Below are positions 37,404-46,126 of a DNA stretch of 46,126 nucleotides, in pieces (the first letter of the stretch is position 1; each line of letters starts with the position of its first letter). The stretch is from Halodesulfurarchaeum sp. GTDB lineage: Archaea > Halobacteriota > Halobacteria > Halobacteriales > Halobacteriaceae. The stretch spans positions 1-46,126 of the forward strand of contig JBDGRH010000070.1 of assembly GCA_042218225.1 (NCBI GenBank), in the 5' to 3' direction. Both the position numbers and the translations under genes were made by a program. The notes beneath the pieces are model-generated. The model saw only the letters and a list, made by a program, of their open reading frames with translations, had not been told where the DNA came from and did no database searches.

Positions 37404-37796
37404 ATGCGGGAGACAGCAGCGATTCAGACCGAGGGGACGACGGACATCGTCGAGATCACCCAGGTGGTCCGGGACGCCGTTCCCGAATCGGCGACCGACG
37501 GTCAGTGTACCGTGTTCGTGCCCCACACGACTGCGGGAGTGATCGTGAACGAGGCGGAATCGCGGCTGTTGGAGGACATCGAGAGGACCCTGGAGGGTTT
37601 GGTCCCGAGCGACGGTGAGTACCGCCACGACCAGATCGACGATAACGCGGCTGCCCACCTCCGGGCGACTCTCCTGGGCAGTGACGTGACGATGCCAGTC
37701 TCTGCTGGGGATCTCGATATCGGCCGGTGGCAGTCCGTCCTCCTCGTGGAAGGTGATGGGCCCAGACAGCGGACCGTCGACATTCTCGTCTCCTGA
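37404..37796 (+). CDS. yjbQ: YjbQ/UPF0047 family protein
   Basis: VFVPHTTAGVIVNE, YRHD, NAAAHLRATLLG, GRWQSV..EGDGPR.R motifs. Confidence 0.93.
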   Translation: MRETAAIQTEGTTDIVEITQVVRDAVPESATDGQCTVFVPHTTAGVIVNEAESRLLEDIERTLEGLVPSDGEYRHDQIDDNAAAHLRATLLGSDVTMPVSAGDLDIGRWQSVLLVEGDGPRQRTVDILVS

Positions 37797-37876
37797 TTTG
37801 GCCGAGCAGGACTGAGAGCGGGCAATTGCTGAAAGAGGCTCCCATTGAGAGGGGGACGAACCCGCCCTCAACCCCG

Positions 37877-38365
37877 TCAGTATTCTGTCGATTTGACCAT
37901 CTTGGTCCGCTTGGATTCGAACCCACGTGATTCGTAGAACGCTCTGGCTTCGGGATTGGCGACGTTCACCGAGAGACCGATGTGTGCGAGGTCGCGGTTG
38001 GCCGCCCACCCTTCGATGCGATCTAGGAGCCTCGAGCCCATGCCTTCTCCCCGTCGGTCGGGAACCACGTACAGGTCATGAATGTATGCCGAATCCCCAC
38101 GAGCGAAGACCGGCGGAGCTTCCCGTTGCTCGGCGGTCGCAAGACCCAGGAGGGCATCTGACTCCGCTGGATCCCCGGCTTCGGCGACCCACGTGACGAA
38201 CCCGTCACGATCGAATTGATTCCGGCGGTACGCGATCGCGTGCCGTCTCGCGTCCGGGGCGAGCTCGTCGAACGCATCGAGGTCGGCCATCTCCCTGGCG
38301 AAGGGGAGCCACAGTTCGTCGACCATCCGGGGGATCTCGGGTTCTCGAAGCCGCCGGATCTCCAT
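37877..38365 (-). CDS. GNAT family N-acetyltransferase
   Basis: IHDLYVVPDRRGEGMGSRLL and NPEARAFYESRGF motifs. Confidence 0.92.
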   Translation of the reverse strand: MEIRRLREPEIPRMVDELWLPFAREMADLDAFDELAPDARRHAIAYRRNQFDRDGFVTWVAEAGDPAESDALLGLATAEQREAPPVFARGDSAYIHDLYVVPDRRGEGMGSRLLDRIEGWAANRDLAHIGLSVNVANPEARAFYESRGFESKRTKMVKSTEY

Positions 38366-38443
38366 ACCGGCCCCATGAAGGAGCGAGGGGATAAACGGTC
38401 GGATGGCGCGGGATTGAAGCCCGGTACGCTCCAACTGTCGCGC

Positions 38444-38575
38444 GTGATCGCGCTGGATATCCCCTGCCCATCGTGTGGGCGAACCGACACGGTGGAGAAG
38501 GTGGGCCTCGGGCGATACCGGTGTCGGGAGTGCGAGCAGGCGTTCGTGAGGGACGATATCGACGAGCCCGGATGA
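38444..38575 (+). CDS. Small CPxCG-type zinc-finger microprotein (43 aa)
   Basis: GTG start; IPCPSCG...YRCRECEQAF; TTGAAG TATA-like box ~27 nt upstream, divergent from the GNAT gene. Confidence 0.7.
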   Translation: MIALDIPCPSCGRTDTVEKVGLGRYRCRECEQAFVRDDIDEPG

Positions 38576-38651
38576 CCCCGTTCAAAAGGGATAAACAGGA
38601 ATCTGTATCTGTAAAATTGCGCTCGCGGGCGGACCGCCACCCCAGGCCACC

Positions 38652-39320
38652 CTACTGGAGCAACTCGTTGAGGGCCTCGAGGAATCCGTCCCCGTAGGAG
38701 GCACTGGTGACGAGATCGGCGGCGTCCTTCGCCGCGTCATCTGCGTTCCCGACCGCGATCCCGAAACCCGCCGCCCCGAAGAGGCCGACGTCGTTCTCGG
38801 AGTCCCCGATGGCCACGAAGTGATCGGGCTCGAGGTCCAGGGCGCCGGCCACGTCGGGAAGCGCCGTCCCCTTGGTCACGTCCGGTTCCTTCACGTGATA
38901 GGCAAACCCCGTATCGATCACTTCGAGTCCGTGTTCTCCGGCAATCTCCTCCAGGGGTTCTCTCGGGGCCTCCCGGTGGACCGCGATCTCGGTCTCTCGC
39001 CATCGGTTCACCAGGTCGAGCGCGCCCCACCCGAGGTCGTATCCTTCCTCCCGGTATGCTTCGGCCACGGCGTCCGCCGCCTCCCGGTCCCCATTGACGA
39101 AGAGGGCGTCCCCGGCCACCGCGATACCACCGTTCTCAGCGATGACGCGCTCCTCGATCCCCACGAACTGGGCGAGGGCGACCGGAAACGGGAGGGCTTT
39201 CCCCGTGGCGATGACCACCGGGGCCTCCCAGGCACTCAGCGTGTCGATCACGCGTGGATCGATGGAGCGATCTGGACGACTCAGCGTCCCGTCGATATCG
39301 ACGGCAAGGGGTGGGACCAT
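38652..39320 (-). CDS. Archaeal-type phosphoglycolate phosphatase (HAD superfamily, SPP/Cof-like)
   Basis: AVDIDGTL, IATGK, IAENGG, VTKG, AIGDSEND and AVGNAD motifs. Confidence 0.85.
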   Translation of the reverse strand: MVPPLAVDIDGTLSRPDRSIDPRVIDTLSAWEAPVVIATGKALPFPVALAQFVGIEERVIAENGGIAVAGDALFVNGDREAADAVAEAYREEGYDLGWGALDLVNRWRETEIAVHREAPREPLEEIAGEHGLEVIDTGFAYHVKEPDVTKGTALPDVAGALDLEPDHFVAIGDSENDVGLFGAAGFGIAVGNADDAAKDAADLVTSASYGDGFLEALNELLQ

Positions 39321-39389
39321 GGACCGGTGTCGGGGTCCCGGGCTTTTCACCTGTTCGGACTGGCGCGGGGGTTTGGGTTGGGTGGGGTT

Positions 39390-40511
39390 TCACGCCGACT
39401 CGGTCGCCTCCCATCCCCGATCCGTCGTGTTCAGCCGCTCGGCACCGTCCGCCGTGACGAGGACCAGGTCCTCGATCCGAACCCCGAACTCGCCCTCGAG
39501 GTAGATCCCGGGCTCGACGCTGAAGACCATCCCCTGCTCGAGGGGCGTCTCGTTCCCCGAGACGATGTAGGGCTCCTCGTGGACCGAGAGGCCGACGCCG
39601 TGACCGGTCCGGTGGATGAACTGATCGCCATACCCCGCGTCCTCGATGACCGCCCTCGCGGCAGCGTCCACCCGCTCGGCGGGTATCCCGGGTTCGACCG
39701 TCTCGATCGCCTCCTGCTGGGCCTCCTTTACGATGGAATGTACCTCCCGGAAGGTGTCAGGGGGTTCGCCGTCGAATACGACAGTCCGGGTGGTGTCGCT
39801 GGGGTATTGGTCCTGGCGGACGCCGAAATCCAGAACGACGGGATCTCCAGGGCGGATCTCCCTGTCAACGTGTCGATGGTGGGGCTTGGCCCCATTCGGT
39901 CCCGAGCCGACGACCGGCTCGAAGGCGAGGTCGCCGTCGGCGGCCGACCGGAGCCGTTCGCCGATCCGGGAAGCGAGTTGCGTCTCGCTCATGCCGACCA
40001 CGTCGCTCCCCTTCGCCCGGACCCATCCCATCACGTCGTCCGCGATGGACCCAGCGTCCCGGAGGGACCGACGCTCCAGTTCGTCCTTGCACCGCCTGCG
40101 CTCGGCCATCACCCCCTCGGCGAGGCCGAACGAGGCCTCGGAGAGGATCTCGCGGAGGTCCAGGGTGAAACGCGCCCACATGGTCGGGTCGAGCAGCAGG
40201 TGGCCGGCGGCGAAATCCAGATCCCGGGCCGTCGAATCTATCACCTCCCGGGGGTCCTCGTCGTCCCCGTACGTTCGAATGTCGGCGATCCAGGTCGACT
40301 CCTGGAGCTGTGAGCGGTACAGCTCCGGCGCGACGAAGCCAGGGTCGCCCGACGCCGGGACGAACAGGAACAGATGGCGCTCCATCGGCTCCTCCCAGAA
40401 GCCGGTCAGGTAGTACAGGTTCGGGCTGGGAAAGAGGACGGCGCAATCGACGTCCCGATCGCGGAGGGCTTCCTGGAGACTGCGGGTCCGCTCCTCGAAG
40501 TTGGATTCCAT
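39390..40511 (-). CDS. Xaa-Pro peptidase (M24 family)
   Basis: PNLYYLTG, KPHH, VLDFG, YPSDTTRT, HRTGHGVGLSVHEEP, EPGIY and GVRIEDLVLVT motifs. Confidence 0.94.
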   Translation of the reverse strand: MESNFEERTRSLQEALRDRDVDCAVLFPSPNLYYLTGFWEEPMERHLFLFVPASGDPGFVAPELYRSQLQESTWIADIRTYGDDEDPREVIDSTARDLDFAAGHLLLDPTMWARFTLDLREILSEASFGLAEGVMAERRRCKDELERRSLRDAGSIADDVMGWVRAKGSDVVGMSETQLASRIGERLRSAADGDLAFEPVVGSGPNGAKPHHRHVDREIRPGDPVVLDFGVRQDQYPSDTTRTVVFDGEPPDTFREVHSIVKEAQQEAIETVEPGIPAERVDAAARAVIEDAGYGDQFIHRTGHGVGLSVHEEPYIVSGNETPLEQGMVFSVEPGIYLEGEFGVRIEDLVLVTADGAERLNTTDRGWEATESA

Positions 40512-40777
40512 GGTGGGACCGTCGAGGCGCTCGTAGTAATGTCTGCGGCTCCTCCACTGGTTGAGGCGTTCGGTGGGAGTGGTCTGAACATCCCGGGATT
40601 GGAAGGGTCAGCTTCCGAACAGCACTCACCGTCCGGTGACCGGAACACCATCCACGGCGCGGTGACCGAAAGTGTGCCCACGATGCGTTGACCGGACAGC
40701 CCCCGGAGCGCGGTGTCCGGAGTTTGGCCTGAATGGTCGGACTTACAAGCGGGCGGGGCCGACAGTCGAGACGAGTC

Positions 40778-41968
40778 GTGGGACAGCGCGCGTCGGTCGA
40801 TCGGTCCTGGCGTGGGGTGGGCGGAGTCGCCACCTGGCAGCTCGTGGCGAGCGCGAGCTACTACGGGTTCTTCGCGGCCACGGCCGGTGTCCGGACCGAG
40901 TTCGGGCTAACCCGCTTCCAGATCGGATTGCTGCTCGCCACGCTGACACTAGGCTATACTGCCCTCCTGTTTCCCGCCGGGGCCCTGGTCGACGCCTACG
41001 GGGACCGCCCGGTGATGATCGCGGGGCTGCTCGCTCTCGCCGTCGGGGTCATCGGGGTCGGATTGGCCCCGACCGTCCCCCTGCTGGCTGGGGCGGTGTT
41101 CCTCCTCGGCGGTGCATACGCCACGGCGATGCCGGCGACGAACCGGGCCATCGCTGCCCGCGCCCCCCGGGGGCGCTACAATCTTGCGATCAACGTCAAG
41201 CAGGTGGGTGTCACCCTGGGGAGCGCGGTCGCGGCGCTCCTGGTGACGAACATGGTGCTGGTCGGGGGGACCTGGCGGACAGCTTTCGTCGTGGTCGGCG
41301 TCCTCGGCCTCGGGGTCGTGGTGGCAGTTACGAACCGCTATGAGAATACCGGGGGAAACGGATCGGTGTCGCTTCCGGACCTCCCGGCTCTCCGGGGGAA
41401 TCGCCCCTTCGTCTTTCTCACCGGTGCAGGGTTCTGTATCGGCGCGACGATCTTCACCACGACGGGGTACCTCGTCCCCTTCGTCGAGGACGCCGGCGGG
41501 AGCGTCCAGCTCGCCGGGTTCGCACTGGCGACCATGCAGGTCTCCGGGAGTGTGGGACGACTCGGTGCAGGCGCACTCGCCGACCGACTCCCGTTCGATG
41601 CGGCCCACGGGGCGTTTCGGGTCATGAGTGGCCAGCTGGTCGTGGCCAGCCTTCTGCTGCTGGCACTCCCCTTTGCCCCTGGTGTGCTTCGTTTCCCGGT
41701 GGTCATCGGACTCGGTCTCGGCATGCTGGGTTTGACGGGCCTCTATCACGGGACCATCGTCGGGCTGGTGCCGGAGGGGGAGACGGGAGCAGCGACTGCC
41801 GGGGGACAAACCGCCATCAACCTCGGCGGACTGCTCACGCCACCGACGTTCGGTCTTCTCGCCGATCTCCTCGGATACCGGTTCGGGTGGATGCTCCTCG
41901 GAGGCATTGCCGTCATCGGGCTGGTGTTCGTCGAGGGCGGGCGCCGGGCGTGGGTTCGTCAGGACTGA
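40778..41968 (+). CDS. MFS transporter
   Basis: About 12 TM helices, GALVDAYGDR motif A and GALADRL repeat; probable GTG start 40778 (ATG 40733 possible). Confidence 0.9.
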   Translation: MGQRASVDRSWRGVGGVATWQLVASASYYGFFAATAGVRTEFGLTRFQIGLLLATLTLGYTALLFPAGALVDAYGDRPVMIAGLLALAVGVIGVGLAPTVPLLAGAVFLLGGAYATAMPATNRAIAARAPRGRYNLAINVKQVGVTLGSAVAALLVTNMVLVGGTWRTAFVVVGVLGLGVVVAVTNRYENTGGNGSVSLPDLPALRGNRPFVFLTGAGFCIGATIFTTTGYLVPFVEDAGGSVQLAGFALATMQVSGSVGRLGAGALADRLPFDAAHGAFRVMSGQLVVASLLLLALPFAPGVLRFPVVIGLGLGMLGLTGLYHGTIVGLVPEGETGAATAGGQTAINLGGLLTPPTFGLLADLLGYRFGWMLLGGIAVIGLVFVEGGRRAWVRQD

Positions 41969-42215
41969 GCGCGTGCCAGCTCCAGTGTGGGTCACGTTCC
42001 GTGTTTGTGAAGAGGGAGGTGTCAGCGGAGCGTTGGGTGGTGCACCATCAGGACCAGGGGGCGAGAGATTGCACCTGTCCGGTCCTGCGCTTTTGATCGA
42101 CACCGTGAACACGAGCGTTTCGACCCTACCGAGAAGACGAGCGTGTGGACGATACCGCCACGAGTGCGTCCTGCCGTATATGTAACATACGCCCGATGAA
42201 TCCTGCGGGTGGATT

Positions 42216-43412
42216 CTAGAATGCCGCTGTCACCCGCTCCGCGAGATGGTCCCCGAACGGAAGCGAGGCCGTCAATCCCGGCGAGACCGCGTTCAGCACG
42301 TGGATGGCGTCCGACTCCTCGACGAACACCGGGTCCTTGATCAGCGTTCCGTCCTCCCGGACGACCTGCGCTCGGATCCCCGCGAAGCTCCGGCGCAAAT
42401 CCGAGCTCTCCACCTCGGGAACGAGCCGCTGGGCGGCCCGGGTGAACCGCTCCTTGCGGTAGGATTTGTTGAGCTCCGCCACCGCGACAGACAGCATCTT
42501 CGGCCGGGAGAGAAGCCGCCAGAATCCACGATAGGTGAGTGTCTCTTTGAGGTCATCGAGATCGAAGTCCGTGTTCCGATACGCCTCCCGGCCGAAGGCG
42601 AGGACCGCGTTCGGCCCGACGATGACCTTCCCGTCCGTCCGCCGGGTGAAGTGAACGCCCAGGAACGGGAGGTCGGGATCGGGGGTCGGGTAGATCATCG
42701 TCTCGACGAGGTGGCGCCGATCCGGGATCACCTCGTAGTACTCCCCTCTGAAGGGGACGATCTGATACTCGGTCCCGACCCCCAGCTGGTGTGCGAGGGT
42801 GTCGGCGTGCAGGCCGGCTGCGTTGACCAGGAACGACGCCTCGATGGGTCCCTTGTCGGTGCGGAGCTGATAGCCGTCCGGACCAGGGAGGAGCTTCTCC
42901 ACGGTCGTCCCGAGATACACGGACGTCCCGGCGGCCTGGACATCCCGTGCGAGCTGGTGGACGTATTGCGGGGAATCGATGGAGGCTGCCTCGGGGGCGT
43001 AGAGGGCTGCCTGACCCGTTGCGTGGGGTTCGTGCTCGGCCAGCTCCTCGGGATCCAGAATCTCGGTCCTCACCCCGTTCTCCGCGGCCTGGGCCGAAAG
43101 CTCGTGCAGGCGCTCCTCCTCTGCGTCGTCCTGTGCCACCACGACGACCCCGAACTCGGAGAGGGGAACGTCGTTCTCCCTGGCGTACTCCTTGAGTCGG
43201 GAGGTCCCCTCCACGGCGAAGTCGGCCTTGATCGAGTCCGGGTCGTAGTTGAACCCCGGGTGGAGAACCCCGGAATTTCGTCCGCTCTGGTGGACGGCGA
43301 ACCGGGATTCCTTCTCCACCAGGGCGACGTCGAGGTCGGTCCCCTCCGCAAGGTGTTTTGCCGTCGAGAGGCCGACCACCCCGCCACCGATGACCACCAC
43401 CTGGTGCTCCAT
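42216..43412 (-). CDS. lhgO: L-2-hydroxyglutarate oxidase-like FAD-dependent oxidoreductase
   Basis: VIGGGVVG, HQSGRNSGVLHPG, NAAGLHAD, PFRGEYY, PFLGVHFT, GIRAQ and NAVSPGLTASL motifs. Confidence 0.88.
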   Translation of the reverse strand: MEHQVVVIGGGVVGLSTAKHLAEGTDLDVALVEKESRFAVHQSGRNSGVLHPGFNYDPDSIKADFAVEGTSRLKEYARENDVPLSEFGVVVVAQDDAEEERLHELSAQAAENGVRTEILDPEELAEHEPHATGQAALYAPEAASIDSPQYVHQLARDVQAAGTSVYLGTTVEKLLPGPDGYQLRTDKGPIEASFLVNAAGLHADTLAHQLGVGTEYQIVPFRGEYYEVIPDRRHLVETMIYPTPDPDLPFLGVHFTRRTDGKVIVGPNAVLAFGREAYRNTDFDLDDLKETLTYRGFWRLLSRPKMLSVAVAELNKSYRKERFTRAAQRLVPEVESSDLRRSFAGIRAQVVREDGTLIKDPVFVEESDAIHVLNAVSPGLTASLPFGDHLAERVTAAF

Positions 43413-43493
43413 ATGTACGCCTCCCGGTGGACTGCCCTTAGGCGCTTGCACTTCGTCAAATCGAGCGACTGGCTCACCAGATGCGTGCGTCCG

Positions 43494-44435
43494 CTATCCT
43501 CCGTCGGTGGACTCCGCGAGCCGGACGCAATCCGCGAGCGTCCGGTTGACGGGAACGTCGATTCCGTGAGCTTCCCCGCGGCGGACGATGGCGCCGTTGA
43601 GCGCCTCGATCTCCGTTCGTCGATCCGCCTCGACGTCCTGCAGCATGGACGAGCGGTTCGTCTGGGTTCGTCGAGCGACGGTCCTGGCCAGCTCGATCGG
43701 GTCTGTCCCGGTCCCGAACTCGATTCCGGCCGCCCGTGCGACCTCCAGTGCCTCGCCCACGGCGGCTTCGAGGAGGCGGCTTCCCGGTCCGGTATCCCAC
43801 ATCCGTCCGTTCTGGACTCTGGCCAGGGCGGTGGCGGCGTTGATACCGACGTTCACGAGGACCTTCTCCCAGATGGCCCGGGAGACGTCCGTGACCACCT
43901 CCGTCTCGATTCCAGCCTCCTGGAACACCGCAGCAACGTCGGACAGCCCGTGAGGGGTGGATGTCGTCTCCTCTTCATCGATGGTTCCGTACGCCCCGAT
44001 GGTGGTATCACCCGTCCCGGTGTGACGCACGAGGCCCGGCTTCTCGAGCAGGGCCCCGTGTGAGGTTGTCCCGCCGATGACCTGCTCGCTCGGGACGAAC
44101 TCCGCGATGGTCTCCTCGTTGCCCAGTCCGTTCTGGAGCGAGAGGACGGGGGCGTCCTCTAGATGGGGTTCCACGTCGCGCATCGCCCGCTCCGTGTCGT
44201 AGCTCTTCACGGTCAGCACCACGAGGTCCGCGTCGGCGACTGCGGCGTGGTCCGTCGTGGCGCGGGGTTCCACGTGAAACGAATCTCCATCCGGGTCGGC
44301 GATCTCGAGTCCCTGCTCTCGAATGACCCGGATGTGCTCACCCTCGTGGCCGATCAGGGTCACGGGCCGTTCGCGAGCGAGGAGCCCCCCGAAGAGCGAG
44401 CCGAGGGAGCCAGCCCCCAGGATGGCAATGTGCAT
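43494..44435 (-). CDS. panE: Ketopantoate reductase
   Basis: ILGAGSLG, LTVKSYD, SLQNGLG, WEKVLVNVGINA, SSMLQD and TEIEALNGAIV motifs. Confidence 0.94.
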   Translation of the reverse strand: MHIAILGAGSLGSLFGGLLARERPVTLIGHEGEHIRVIREQGLEIADPDGDSFHVEPRATTDHAAVADADLVVLTVKSYDTERAMRDVEPHLEDAPVLSLQNGLGNEETIAEFVPSEQVIGGTTSHGALLEKPGLVRHTGTGDTTIGAYGTIDEEETTSTPHGLSDVAAVFQEAGIETEVVTDVSRAIWEKVLVNVGINAATALARVQNGRMWDTGPGSRLLEAAVGEALEVARAAGIEFGTGTDPIELARTVARRTQTNRSSMLQDVEADRRTEIEALNGAIVRRGEAHGIDVPVNRTLADCVRLAESTDGG

Positions 44436-44513
44436 GACGGGCCTTCGACGGGGTGCGATAAAGTCGTGGCGGGGCCGTCACACTCAGTAGGGGGGCCATC
44501 CAAACCGGAGTCG

Positions 44514-45452
44514 ATGTCGGACAGTCGATCGGATCGAGCCTCCCGGACGGTCCTGGACCCCGACCGGCGCGATGCGATGGGCCCACTCGGGGCCGCGGCG
44601 CTCTGGGGTGGCATGTACGTCGTGAGCAAGTGGGGGTTCTCGGCCATCCCGCCTGCCACGCTCGCCTTCCTGCGGGTCGCCATCGGTGCGGTCACGCTCT
44701 TCGCCATCGTTCGATTCACAATGGGCCCTCGCTCGTTCTCCCGGACTGACCGGCGCTCCTTCGTCGCCCTTGGGTTCTGGGTGGCGCTGACGCTCGTGAC
44801 CCAGTTCGTCGGGACGGACCTGACCAACGCGAGTCAGGGGTCCCTGTTGACCGTGCTCACGCCGGTCTTCACCCTCCTGCTCGGGATCGCCATCCTGGAC
44901 GAGTCACTCTCCGGGCGGAAAGTGGGAGGGATGGCCCTGGCCGCCGTCGGGACCATGCTGGTGGCCACCGGTCAGTACGATCTGGCCAGCCTCGGGGTGG
45001 GGAACGCCCTCGGACTCATCGCGCTCCTCGTCGCCAGCTTCGGGTGGGCGGCCTACACGGTCTACGGCGCCCCACTCGTCCGGAAGTACTCCCCCCTCGA
45101 GACGGCGACCTACTCCACTATCGCAGCGGTTCCGATGTTGGCCGTGGCCGCGGGAGTCGAGCTCTGGGCGCTCGGTCGGTCACCTCTCTCGTTGCCGGTG
45201 ACACCTGCGGTGGTCGGGGCCGTCCTGTATCTCGGCGTGGCTAGCACGGCGCTCGCCTGGTATCTCTGGTACCGGGGGGTCCGCTCGCTGGAGGCCGGCG
45301 TGGTCGCGGTGTTCTTCTTCGTCCAGCCCCTGGTCGGGTCGCTCCTCGGCGCATTCCTCCTCGGCGAATCCCTCGGACCCCTGTTCGTGCTCGGAGGGGC
45401 GGTCATGGCGGCAGGAGTGTGGCTCTCGAGTACAGCTGGTGAGAATCCGTAG
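44514..45452 (+). CDS. EamA/DMT family transporter
   Basis: Two EamA repeats (ALWGGMYV..FLR; ILDESLSGRK; WAAYTVY; LLGESL); start 44514 or 44577. Confidence 0.92.
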   Translation: MSDSRSDRASRTVLDPDRRDAMGPLGAAALWGGMYVVSKWGFSAIPPATLAFLRVAIGAVTLFAIVRFTMGPRSFSRTDRRSFVALGFWVALTLVTQFVGTDLTNASQGSLLTVLTPVFTLLLGIAILDESLSGRKVGGMALAAVGTMLVATGQYDLASLGVGNALGLIALLVASFGWAAYTVYGAPLVRKYSPLETATYSTIAAVPMLAVAAGVELWALGRSPLSLPVTPAVVGAVLYLGVASTALAWYLWYRGVRSLEAGVVAVFFFVQPLVGSLLGAFLLGESLGPLFVLGGAVMAAGVWLSSTAGENP

Positions 45453-45489
45453 GGAACGTTTTTCCCGTTCAATACCGAAGGGGGGCGCG

Positions 45490-46126
45490 ATGGAGGACTC
45501 GCGGGGGCAGATCATCCTGGTCGCCGCGCTGGGGATCGCGGTCACGCTGGTCGCCCTGGCGGTGATCGTCAACACCGTCATCTTCACCGAGAACCTGGCC
45601 ACCCGGAACACGGTCGAGGGCCAGGAGGCAATCATGGTGGAGCGGTCGAGTGAGGAGGCGGTGGCGAACCTGATGGCATATGCGAACAAGTACAATAATT
45701 CCAGTTACAGTGCCGTTAAGGGCCAGTTCAAACGGGACGTGAAAAATCTAAGTGTCGGGCAGAATGTGCATGCTCTCTCGGAGGGTGGATTCGTGAACGT
45801 CTCTGTTGTAGAAGTTAATAACGGGACTCGGATCGCACAGACTCAGATGGATACGCTACATTCGGCGGGTGGCCAACCAGATTGGACGTTGGCGAAGGAC
45901 GTAACGGCGACAAGGTGGTTCCTCATGAACTTTGGAACGGCGACCACTGCTCATGGAGCGAATATCTCTGTTTCAAAAAGCAATTCCGAGTGGATAATGA
46001 ATATCAGCTATGACGGGAGTCGATATAGGATTCGTCTCCGTTCAGAGAGTGGCGCAATAGCTAGTGACACGTTCAGCGGTACACCCCTTCTCATCAATGT
46101 GACAGGTGGTATGGTTAATGGGAATA
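45490..46126 (+). CDS. Type IV pilin-like protein with class III signal peptide (runs off the window)
   Basis: Own translation: MEDSRG|QIILVAALGIAVTLVALAVIVNTVIFTENLATR...; the frame is open to the window end; not in the supplied ORF track. Confidence 0.85.
   Translation, partial: MEDSRGQIILVAALGIAVTLVALAVIVNTVIFTENLATRNTVEGQEAIMVERSSEEAVANLMAYANKYNNSSYSAVKGQFKRDVKNLSVGQNVHALSEGGFVNVSVVEVNNGTRIAQTQMDTLHSAGGQPDWTLAKDVTATRWFLMNFGTATTAHGANISVSKSNSEWIMNISYDGSRYRIRLRSESGAIASDTFSGTPLLINVTGGMVNGN

Overview
High-GC window from a halophilic archaeon (class Halobacteria), judged from the strongly acidic proteins, archaeal-type TATA boxes with mostly leaderless starts, and haloarchaeal gene families. 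It holds about 48 credible CDSs. I saw no tRNA, rRNA, CRISPR array or transposase. Left to right: 3-hydroxyacyl-CoA dehydrogenase; an HhH protein; fba-fbp followed by a catalytically intact form III RuBisCO; an acyl-CoA synthetase; a copper-resistance module (Lrp-TRASH regulator, CopA, CopZ-like protein with a very long acidic tail); an RCK K+ channel; a KaiC-like ATPase; an ABC exporter whose first permease carries a PrsW-type intramembrane protease domain; a GGR-family flavoprotein; MscS; a Tat-type penicillin-acylase-family Ntn hydrolase; a membrane-anchored wHTH protein plus a secreted protein whose promoter has helically phased 10-bp repeats; DsrE-like protein, MobB and an OxsR/TrmB-like regulator; phosphoglycolate phosphatase; peptidase M24; an MFS transporter; LhgO; PanE; EamA; and a truncated type IV pilin-like gene that is missing from the ORF track and switches codon usage abruptly. 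The best candidates for undescribed biology are the fba-fbp-rbcL linkage, the transmembrane wHTH/phased-repeat/secreted-protein module, and the ABC-PrsW fusion. All product calls come from motif recognition by eye, not database searches. Most long ORFs in the track are antisense shadows.
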